The position numbers were made by a program, and so were the translations under genes. 64,000 bases of DNA, taken from Paraphysomonas bandaiensis (lineage: Eukaryota; Protista; Chrysophyceae). A model generated the notes under the pieces. It was not told the origin of the DNA. It saw nothing but the letters and a program-made list of their open reading frames with translations, and searched no databases. Positions 49,864-59,956 of the stretch are shown piece by piece (positions within the stretch are counted from its first letter, which is position 1; each line of letters begins with the position of its first letter). The DNA is taken from positions 140,972-204,971 of the forward strand of contig CBFFRP010000241.1 of assembly GCA_965644295.1 (NCBI GenBank), in the 5' to 3' direction.

Positions 49864-51308
49864 TTACTTCATACACTCACTTTTAATTCGCATTGATGAT
49901 GCTTCCGTTTTGGGGTGTGGCTCTGATACAGCTGTAGCCCGAAAGGCTAACAAGTGTACATTATGACCTGCTTTAACGGTATGTTGGTAACATAGCAACT
50001 CAAATCCCATGGAACAAATACAATTTATCCAGTCCTCATACAGTGGACCCTGTAGGTTATTAACTGAGCTATCTCGTGACCGCTTTGAGCTGGTATTTCC
50101 AAATATTGATGCCTTCTCAGCTATCAGCAACAAGCCAGTGTGATGAGGGTTGCACGATGGAGACGTCATGTCTGAGGGACAATAGAGTACACGACGTGCT
50201 TTCGACACCATCTTCTCTCTATGCTCAGGAGAAGGAAGGTAGGAAAGCACTAAAGACATACTGACCACATCGAAATACGAAGCAGGGAGCTCACTGAGGA
50301 TGCTTACAGGACGGTCCGTGTTAATCGCAGAAGTGCATGCGGAGGAATCAGCGGGAATTATTCGCAATTCTTGCCCCACTGGAATTCGAAGCATATCACC
50401 CTTATATACTGATGCGTCAGCTGGACATAGATCCATGGCAGTTATGTCACAGAGATATGAGCTCTCCATTCGCTGCAGAGGATTGTAGCAGCTACCCACA
50501 TCCAAAACTCGTATCCTCCCCCCAGCTGCGTACAGATCTCCAGGTAAATGTGCATGTTCCTCCTCTATAAGGCGTAGGGAGTCGGTTACCTCGGCTGGCA
50601 ATTCTCCAGAAGTCCAACCACTTAATGTAACGTGGCGCCGCTTGTGACTCTTGACAAATGCTTTCTTCGCTCCTGCGATTTTTACGAGGTCATAATTGCA
50701 ACATGGAAACACCGCAAAAATACATACAAATCTATGGCTACACAACTGTGACCGAAAATACATCGGAACGTACCTCCGTGCCTAAAATAATTGATTGTGT
50801 ATTCCATGATCCACTTGTTCATCTCCACCACCCATTGCTTCGAGCCCATATCTTTAGCTGCTTTAGCATAGTGTATAAGGTTATCATTCTTGTTTACTCC
50901 ATCGTCATATCCCACTTCAATAAGGTCAGAGTGATGAGATGTAATTGCCGAAAACACTTTCTTATTGGTAGCCTCCACTCTTGAGTGATAGTCTAACATA
51001 CGGGGAACACTCACCCTTTCTCGGACACACTCATCCACAAATCCACAGTTATGGTGAAACGTCTTCGCAATAATATCAGCTGTCTGTGAAACCCATCTAC
51101 CAAACTCTTTCTTCGAATGGCATACTTGAGTCCCATGGAGCAGGATGTCCTCCACAACACTCTCAGCAAATGCTCGCCTCTCTTCCTCAGATCCCCACTG
51201 TTTGATACTGCATCGAATCAACTCTACAGCATGGTTCCTAAGAGATGCTGAACAATGATCTACTGTTAGTTCTGTCATGGCTGAGACTGAGCAGAGATAC
51301 CTGGACAC
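49864..51308 (-). CDS. SAMTOR: SAMTOR/BMT2-family SAM-binding protein, two exons (intron 50773..50673)
   Basis: RVLDVGSCYNP, AMDLCPADASVYKGDML, LPASYFDVVSMSLVLSYLPSPEHR, GLLLI, and the N-terminal YAKAAKDMG..W...YFRHGG, all paralleling animal SAMTOR (C7orf60). A GTACGT..CAG intron joins the two ORFs in frame. Confidence 0.8.
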
Positions 51309-51590
51309 AAACTATGCCCAGCCCACCTGCCTGTACAGAGCGCGGCATGTTGCGTTCGCCATGCATACAGCGGTCGCGTACGTATTCCTGGTATTCCTAT
51401 CCCACTACATGAAGAGCCAGAATACCGTAGAATACTGCTCTTCTACATCATTTTTTTCCTGTACTTCTGCAGTTCTACTATACATGTGCAGCAGTACACG
51501 CACATATCCAGCTATACACACACACACATACAGTGCATATATCTCCGTATGAGCCAAGAGGGCTCGGCATCCTTGGTATATTTTTGTTCA

Positions 51591-51696
51591 AAGATGCCTC
51601 TAATATTGAGACAACAATTATCTGTATTCCAGACGTAGTTGTATATCAGTAATATAGACTATATGTACTTCAATTTATTCCCGAAAAATAAGATGC
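51591..51696 (+). promoter_or_regulatory. ~105-bp conserved non-coding element, copy B (between divergent SAMTOR and MKS1)
   Basis: Matches 36222-36327 (inverted) and ends 145 bp before the MKS1 ATG. Confidence 0.5.
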
Positions 51697-51840
51697 TGAC
51701 GGCCACTACGAGGTTTGTTTTTGAAATGAACGTCTGAGATGTTCAGTTCAGTTCAGTCAGTTAGTCTAACAGCACAGCTGATAGAGTTATATGAGCACAC
51801 TCCGTCACCCAGTCCGTTACCATCATCCTTTACACTGATA

Positions 51841-54800
51841 ATGGCGAATGGCATATATCACATACAAGACCCACTTGAAAACTTTAAGATCCGAATAGTT
51901 CTGCGAGAGGTGAGTGTGTGTGTGTCTGTAGCGGGCTAACAGCGTCACAGATATCGAGACCAAGTGCTGATAATGCTGGAGGGTCCAAACCCTTTGATGA
52001 CGTCATTACTGTGCGGTGGCAGGAGAAGCTCTATGGTCCGAGGTATGTAGCTGCCTGCCTGTGATGTGATGGAACTCATATGCGACTGTGCTGCAGAGAT
52101 ATCGCAGACTACCTCATGTATAAGCGATCCTCTCACGGGCTTCCCTCCCAGGTAGAAGTTGTATCGGTCGGTAATACAACGAGTTATTCTGTTTTCGTCG
52201 TAGCTGGACTGCCGTCGCCACCTCTCCCAGGTAGAGAAATCAGGGACTGATGTCACATCTCTTCTCAGTGAGGTCATGTTGTATACATATATGAGTGAGG
52301 AGCCCTTTTATCCTGAAAAGGTATGCCATATATATTGGTAACAATTTCCATAACGAATGTGCAGCGGCGGATCCTTGACAGTGGCGACACTCGGGAGACC
52401 TATCTCAGTTACGCACAAGACCCCGTGTCTGACGCAAGCAAGACAGATGATCGGCTGGTGAAGGTAGTGGATCGGCTCAACAGGGAGCGACAGGCGACTT
52501 CAATGCACGTGTGTCTGGCGACAGATGTTGATCCCAAAGCTCTTAAGGACAACACCGTGCGTGTTCTACATGCTAATTGTTACAACATCTTATCTGTTGG
52601 TTTAGGCGCGTGCGATCAGTGATCTCTCTGAAGTTACTCTACTTACTCTGACAATAAGCAAGGTGTATCAACATCAGTATATCGGTACGTGTTGTTGTAA
52701 CAAGTGCGTCTGTAGAGCGGATTGCTAGTGGCATCGCCACCATTTAGCCAGATATTACCGGAGGGAACCCGGGCCGGAGTGGGTGCGGACGGGCTGTCTG
52801 ACCTCACAACTGCCCCCTCTGTTTTTTTTGACGATGAAACTGTGCAAGCAGGGGTGCGCCACGGATTTAAACTTTCCACATGCAGAGTGCGAGCCAAAAG
52901 TGGAGCAGAATACGAGTACTCCATCGAGAACGTTAACGGTGTAATTTCTCCTGTGGAGATGGAGGATTTGTTGGCAGCTGAACGTAGGGAGGATGCAGTA
53001 CTAGCAGAAAATTCTAGGTACTAGGATAATGCTTGTTGGTGTTATTTGAAGTGTAGTATTGTGTGGTGGGCAGAGGGGGCATAGTGAAAAATTCGGAAGC
53101 CGAGAAGGCCTGGCAGCAAACCACTGTGTCTGAGTCGTACACACAGTCTAGCACTATTTATGCGGGTGCAGCTTAATCTAATTTTCACGCCATCTCACTA
53201 ATGACTCACTCCCCACACAGAAATTGTTTCTGGGACAGGATTTGGTGATGGCGATCCCGTATACGTCAAGTATCAGGTATGCATATTTACTTACAGGGAA
53301 ACCCTTCACTTCGGTGTTGCAGGTGGTGCTGCCTATTAGCTGGGCAATGCGCTCCTCCGGGGAAGGAGATGAGAAAGAACAGGATGGGGAAGAGTGCAAA
53401 GGGGATCAACAGAGGCTTCTTCCAGATGAATATTGTCACACAACTGGGGCGGCATTTGATGGGAACGAACCGCGTTTATGGGGGTTTACACAACTCAGCG
53501 CTGTTACCCATCACTCGCCTGCGCGGCGCACTCGTATTTTACCCCAGAAAGGACAGGAACCCGGAGCGAATGTGAAGTGGGTCTTACCGGTGTGTTTTGA
53601 CTGTACTGTTGACAGTTTTTGACAGGGTGTCACTACCCCGGGTACCACCGATGATGCTTGAGGGCGATTCTTATGGGAGGTTTTTGTACGGAACTATCTT
53701 CATGTCACTTACTGCTTTGTCAGTATTACTGGTAAGGCGAGATGTACCTACTTTGGTAGAATAGTTTGACGCCTACTACATAGGGCCCCGGTTATCCTTT
53801 GTGGGTAGTGGTGGTAGTAGTTTTAGTCGCCTACTTGGGATACGGTGTGCCAGGCGGATGTCCTCAAACTGTGGTGTGTCAAACATCCACTCCACATAAT
53901 TCTTTTGGACATGGGGCTGAAGGAGCTTGCTCACTTATCGGCGAAACTGTTGCAGAAAACATGGCGGGTTTCGGACACTTGTTCTCCGTAGATGTGTTGG
54001 TTGATGAGAATAGTTGCGATGAAGGCAGCGCTGCTCCATCAGCCCACCAGATGACGGTATATTTTGAAGTGTTTTCGGTGAGCCAATACAAGCGACACAC
54101 ACTAGAAGGATGCGGATACGTACATGTTCCTCACTCTTCAAAGGGGACTGTGGATGTGGATGTCTCTACCTGGAAGCCAGTCGGTAAATAGTGAATAACC
54201 TGGACATTCTTATTGTTTTAACGCTGACAAGGTGATCTATCGTCGACTTTGACGGATTTTTTCGTGGGTGGTGGTGCTCACTTGTCGAATATCCGCTACA
54301 CTGAGGTGAGGAAAAAATGTAATTACGGTTACGTGACGTGTTTCGTAGATTCCTAACAAAAAGTCTTCCGCCTTGAGCAAGTTCGGCGCACGCACGGTGT
54401 CATCTGGTCTGATATTTACAATGTTTTTTTACTCATGCTGAGTTATTTATGGTTTCTAGGTGTAATTCGGTTCAGATACAACGTAGTGTCTTATTCCCCT
54501 GCCAGGGCTGTCGCATACAGTGACAGCGATGCTTTGGGGAGTAAAGGGGCAACTACAGGTAGTAGGAGTTTACTTTGTAATTAATTTCACAGTCTATAAA
54601 GCAGCTCGGCGAACTGTGGAAGATATTCTCAGCAGCTATCGAAATACTGATCTTCTTCTTCGTTCTGGATCCAAGCAACTCTTGCATTCCCAAGGCACTC
54701 CTCGTGCTCGCGCTTCTCGAAAAGATGGGGGCGATGACACGACGTAAGTGTTTTCTTCTATTGACTATGTTGCCAATATTTCTGGTAGCAGTATTGCGGT

Positions 54801-55158
54801 AGACAAGGTTGCAGAGTTAATAGCACGGGCGCGCGCGAGCACTGAGAGTGCAAAGAAGGAGTCCAGTGGCCCTCTTTCATCTGGTTCTCGTGAGAAAGGT
54901 GGGAGAAGTGGCATAGCGATGACGGCCGGCGGAAAGAACTCACCCGTCAGAGATGGAGTGAGCTTGTTGCCAGACGATATGGATGCCGAGGATAAAAATC
55001 ACCCTTCAGCCTCTCTATTGGATAGATTTGAATCCGCCGGAATTACCCAAGCCAGAGCACCAATACCGCACCGAACTGCTGACACGACTTCATCTCCTAT
55101 GCATACTACTCCGGTGCGTAGAAATCGGTACGACAACGATGATAGTGGTGACAGCTAA
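51841..55158 (+). CDS. MKS1: MKS1 (B9/C2-domain ciliary transition-zone protein), many short introns
   Basis: YHIQDPLENFKIRIVL, WQEKLYGP, MHVCLA, YEYSIENV, VYFEVFSV..HTLEGCGY..VSTWKP, FFVGG, LSKFGART..G.IRF. First intron ~41 nt (GTGAGT..GCTAAC..CAG). Confidence 0.85.
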
Positions 55159-55213
55159 ACTATAGCATTGAGCTGACTATTTATATTATATATATATGTA
55201 TTTCTATTAGATA

Positions 55214-55335
55214 GTTAGGATTAGGGTTGCTGAGTTTTGCTGTTTGTGGGCAATTAAAAGCTTTTATATAATATATCTGAGGTGTTGGTTAGAGTTAGAC
55301 TATTTGATTAGGGTTAGTTAGGGTTATTAGGGTTA
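55214..55335 (+). repeat. Degenerate TTAGGG telomere-like motifs
   Basis: TTAGGATTAGGGTT (~55215-55228) and GATTAGGGTTAGTTAGGGTTATTAGGGTTA (~55306-55335). Confidence 0.5.
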
Positions 55336-55921
55336 TGGAGCAGTAGGAGTTTTTACCGACTTAATTCCTATGAAGCGCAAAGTGAACCAGGGTCCTGAGC
55401 ACACCCTCCCCTCCTGGGCACTACTAATAGTGGTAGTGTAGCAATCTTGGGTGTAGTGGAGATGGTGGATTATAAGGTTGTTGTGATATGAGGGCCAAGG
55501 CGAAGTAGTGTAGGAAATAACATGAGATAAGAGGTAGAAGATGGTTAAGACAAGGTCACGAGATACGAGTATTAAGGCCAGATACAGGGTTGGAATGTAC
55601 CGGGACTATCCGTACATACGGACGTAACGGACGTTTATTGTAACCCGTACAGTATTATGGTAGTATAAGTAGTGTGTAGACGTTGTATGAGACAATATGG
55701 AGTAGATAGTAGGACAATGAGAGACTGCTGTAGGGATATTTCTGGAAGTAGAAACTGGCTATTTAGGGCTAGAAACCCATCTCTAGAACAGCTATGGAAA
55801 AATAGGTTAAGTTATACGAGTTTTTAGATAGGACAGAATTATGAGGTAAAAGGATATAATAAGCACAGTTAAGTGTTAGTGAAATTAAGCGCTATCTATC
55901 TACCTGCTGTCTGGTGCACGC

Positions 55922-56782
55922 ATGGATAAAGAGGATATATCTGCTGATACTCACATGGATGATACTCAATCATCCGACGTTGCCACACTTGGTGGACAAC
56001 GTGGGCTGGGTAACGTGGTTGAGGGTGGCCAACTCAGCCATGATCCACCCAGCACACTATTGTTGGCACGGTCCCAGATTGAGATACCATCCGATGCGAG
56101 GGACATCAATCTTTACTATGGGGAGGAAAAGGAGCCAGAGTCCAAAGAGGAGCCTCGAATCCAAGTGCAGGAGGACCGATGGGGCCATGAGGAGACTGAA
56201 AAGTTATACAGCTGGCCCTGGAGGACAAGGGAACAGGGGAAAGAGAGGCGTGGCCCTAGGTTGATGAGTAGAGACCTGGAGATGGGGGGAGATAGTAGTG
56301 GCGAAGATGATGAAAGCTCAGGAAGGAGCGCAGTGATAAGGAGAATCGAACATGATAAAGAGGGCGGTAGAGGACCGGTGGAGTACTCTAGACACCAGGC
56401 GAAAGAGGCAGAGAGAAAGATGAATAAAGTGAAGGACCCGTTAAGAGGTCAAGATAAAAGATATATGGATAAAGGGGAAGAAGATCTGATGAAGTTCATA
56501 AGCAGTAAGGAGACTGTTGTGGAAGATGAAAGGGAGATTGAAGATGAAATGATGATAACGGATTGGGTGATGGAGCAGCAGGAAAAGGCGACGAAGGAGG
56601 AGGTGGACCGAGATGAAATGTGGGCGATAATGAAGGGCAAGCACCAGTGGGTGAAGACACTGCCGGAGAACAAGCGATGTAGAGATTGTGGTGTGATGAT
56701 GAAGAGGGGTGCAGCGCCATTCTACATGAGGAGCTGCCCAAAGTGCTACAATTCTGGAGTTTTCATCTCAACTATTATATAG
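55922..56782 (+). CDS. Orphan charged protein with a C-terminal CxxC..CxxC zinc ribbon, probably mobile-element-associated
   Basis: 286-aa intronless ATG ORF ending in CRDC-x15-CPKC, set in purine-rich repeat-like DNA. Confidence 0.5.
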   Translation: MDKEDISADTHMDDTQSSDVATLGGQRGLGNVVEGGQLSHDPPSTLLLARSQIEIPSDARDINLYYGEEKEPESKEEPRIQVQEDRWGHEETEKLYSWPWRTREQGKERRGPRLMSRDLEMGGDSSGEDDESSGRSAVIRRIEHDKEGGRGPVEYSRHQAKEAERKMNKVKDPLRGQDKRYMDKGEEDLMKFISSKETVVEDEREIEDEMMITDWVMEQQEKATKEEVDRDEMWAIMKGKHQWVKTLPENKRCRDCGVMMKRGAAPFYMRSCPKCYNSGVFISTII

Positions 56783-58339
56783 GGGACCAATCATATTTCA
56801 TAGTAGAGTTTCACTCGACTCTCTTAACCAAATTCACTCTAAACATGTGTATAATATCCGCGACCGTAACGATGTAACCATACAGAACATGTTCATCTCA
56901 AAATCATACGGACGGGAAAAGATAAAAGCCGTAGCAATTATCGAAATGGGAATGATCATCTGAAATAAGATCATATCACCATTCAGCAAACAATAATCAA
57001 AATCCATATCCTCCATGGTAACTCAACGTGAAATTCTTTAGCAGATCATATTTCCATAATCCTTGTCAGTACTGAAACATATCTCACTCTAGTACAATCA
57101 ATAATATCATTCATCACTATAATAACTTGGACAACATCATCATATAGTTTCTGTCACAAGTTTCGTTTCCCAGAACACAACGCTCCATTCCAAATTTCTT
57201 TAACATAACAAGGAAATCCGCCTTTCACATGATAATATAAATCGATACCATGAACGTTAACTCATCAATAAAAATTTTCCAGTTTGATGTCCACTGATAA
57301 CAAACTCGCATAATAATTGCACTAAACATGAATCCAAGAAATCCGATAAACTGACAACGTCCACTCAACAATATCAAAAGTTGAAATCGCGCATTGAAAT
57401 ACAATTGAACAAACTAAATATATATTCGTTCGGGATTAGAATGCGCCAACAACACATTCCACTGAGATAGAAATACTCGTAACATTAGTCGATTGCTTTC
57501 CACTGAAACACCAAGTTGAAATCAATATCATTTGTACACAATAACTTGTCGATCGATTCTCAACATAACACCGGTAATAATAATCTCCAATATAATGACC
57601 AGATTCACTGAACATCAATACAATAATACTCTGATACAAATCTTTCGATATGTGTTTACAATAACATCAAATTGTTAAACACTACTGTTGAATCAAACTC
57701 TCCATGAATCATTTTGATAAACTTGGTATATACACTTCCATTTGCATAAAATAAATAACATCGAACTGAAGTACACTGACACAGTATATATGATGCACTG
57801 TAACGCAGTACTGGTTACTTTCTGCGTTGGTAGTAGTATTATATGTTACTCTTCTGTTGTACTCTCTAACACGTACAGAGTGTTTTTGTATTTTCAGTTT
57901 TCAGTTACATATTCAGTTTCTACTCTTTCAGTGTATACACGGAGTGTTGAAGCTGTACATACGTACCGGATAAAATACTTCTGATCTGGTGTGTTGTGTG
58001 CTGAAGTGAAATGCTGAACATGATGTTGTATGTGTGTGTTACTGTAGAGTTGTATAGCAGTGTTACTCACTTTTCTATTACACGTTTTTAAATAACGATT
58101 TATTTAAATTCTTTCGCGGTTTGCGTCTGAGTTAAGGAACATCACCCGCTGGTGAGTTCAACAGTGTAGCAGCCCGCTGGCGTGCACTTAAAATCTTTTT
58201 AAAACGTTATAGATCAGTGTTGTTTTTGTGTGAGCATACGTTGTTCTTAAGAACAACTACAGTAATATTACTCTGTTGATAAGAACAATACATTATACAT
58301 TCATTGTGTTATTGAGCCCTTTGAACTGTTTTAAGAGTC

Positions 58340-59956
58340 ATGGAGCCTGCAGAAGGAGATGCGAAGACAGAGCTTACTCTGGAAGACTTGATGCAGTATA
58401 TGCGTGAGCAACGTGAGTATATGGAGCAGCGTTTCGGTGGTATAGAACAACGTTTTGGTGATATAGAGCAGCGTTTTCATCAGCAACAGGCGTTCAATGA
58501 GCATGTTCAACGGAGTCTTGAGGAGATCAATCAGAGGAGATCTGGAAGGTCATCGAGAGCTAATTCAGAAATTATACAAGTCGATCAGCTTTCGGAGATA
58601 CCGTTTGAAGAGTCTAAATTAGATGGTCATGGGAATGGTGAACAGCCTGTAGCTGCAACTATTGAGCGACGTGAGCAGCAGTATATTGACCCTGAGTTGT
58701 TGCAAACGCGTATAGAGAATGCTGTGCGTGAGGGTGTATTGAATGCTACTCAAGCTCTCAGGAGTGAAGAGGAGCGACCACCGGTCAGACCTAAACGTCA
58801 GACTATTCAAGAAGCACTTCGTGAAATTGATCGTCAACCGAAGGCTAAAGTTACGTTGACCAAAGAAGATGATTCATACCTGGAAATAAGGTTGTCGGAA
58901 ATTACTTTAGATGGGTTTTTGGTTTTCTTGGAACGAATTGCTGAGTTTGAGAAATGTCGTGACAATGGACCAATTCCTTCTGTGTTTACATTGTTGGAAG
59001 GCAGGGCTAAGGAAATGATTAGGTTTACGTTGATGGAATTATATCCTGATGATTATACTGAACCTTTGGAATGCATAGATGTAAGTGTAACGCGAGTTAT
59101 TGAGGCAGCGAAGTATCAGTTCAGACCTTTGGATATGATGGATTTTAATTCAATGTTGCTTGAATCGTGTTTGCCGTACAGAGTAACAATGGACAAGTTG
59201 GAGGATTTTCGTCGAGTTGATGAGGATCTTTGTATTTTGGAAACGAAGTTCAATCAGCGGTATGATTTCTTAGAGGAGGCTGCTAAGATGAACAAACTTG
59301 ATGAGAGTATACCTTTAGTAACGACTAAGAGAGGTGGTTCGTTGGAACAGTGGATGAGTCTTATTCCTGCGTGTATGAGAGATACTACTAAGAGACTCAT
59401 GAGGTCGGAAAACTTCCCTTCAGTAAAAGCTTTTCTGAAAGAATTCTTTAAGCAGTTGAAGATTACTAGGGATTTGTCGTTAAAATATAATCAATTCAGA
59501 AGTCGTTTTAATTTTCGAACAAAATCGTCTGCGGTAGATAAGCGACTACACCAAATTGAGCAACAAGTTTCTGACTCAGAATCTGTTAGTGATGAGGAGC
59601 AAAACGTACTGAAACATGAAGAAGATTTGTATGCGGCTGAGGTATTGAAATCTTCCCCATGTTTTAGAGAATTGACGCAAGATGGTGGGTGCAAAGATAA
59701 GTCATGTAAATTTTCACATGATAAAGCTGTTTTGACGGAAGCTCTTAAGAAGATGACTGAAAGAGTAGGGTTAACAGTAATGCCCAAACCAAGTATTAAT
59801 GCACCACCTCAACGTCGATACAGTAATTCTCCAGCTCAATTGAAAAGATATCCTGGGGATAGAAAGCGTCCTGGTGATGTACGTATTCTTACCAGAGATC
59901 AACCTGATGTTGAAGAGGATCAACAAGGGGATGACAATCCTTTGGATGACCTTTGA
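58340..59956 (+). CDS. Ty3/Gypsy Gag-like ORF (N-terminal EQRF heptads, CCCH finger)
   Basis: 538-aa ORF directly upstream of, and in frame with, pol; CFRELTQDGGCKDKSCKFSH. Confidence 0.8.
   Translation: MEPAEGDAKTELTLEDLMQYMREQREYMEQRFGGIEQRFGDIEQRFHQQQAFNEHVQRSLEEINQRRSGRSSRANSEIIQVDQLSEIPFEESKLDGHGNGEQPVAATIERREQQYIDPELLQTRIENAVREGVLNATQALRSEEERPPVRPKRQTIQEALREIDRQPKAKVTLTKEDDSYLEIRLSEITLDGFLVFLERIAEFEKCRDNGPIPSVFTLLEGRAKEMIRFTLMELYPDDYTEPLECIDVSVTRVIEAAKYQFRPLDMMDFNSMLLESCLPYRVTMDKLEDFRRVDEDLCILETKFNQRYDFLEEAAKMNKLDESIPLVTTKRGGSLEQWMSLIPACMRDTTKRLMRSENFPSVKAFLKEFFKQLKITRDLSLKYNQFRSRFNFRTKSSAVDKRLHQIEQQVSDSESVSDEEQNVLKHEEDLYAAEVLKSSPCFRELTQDGGCKDKSCKFSHDKAVLTEALKKMTERVGLTVMPKPSINAPPQRRYSNSPAQLKRYPGDRKRPGDVRILTRDQPDVEEDQQGDDNPLDDL

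Noticed and set aside
44953-55158. Functional 'ciliary' or 'TOR' gene cluster
   Set aside because: Co-occurrence of MKS1, SHIPPO-like, REJ, RICTOR and SAMTOR, interleaved with unrelated genes and TEs, is compatible with chance without synteny data.
57799-58180. Defined 5' LTR and PBS for the Gypsy element
   Set aside because: TGTAACG..TTACA is suggestive, but there is no second LTR in the window and no convincing tRNA-complementary PBS.
59954-59956. Selenocysteine recoding of the gag-pol UGA
   Set aside because: No redox motif context and no SECIS identifiable. Ordinary readthrough or reinitiation is more parsimonious.
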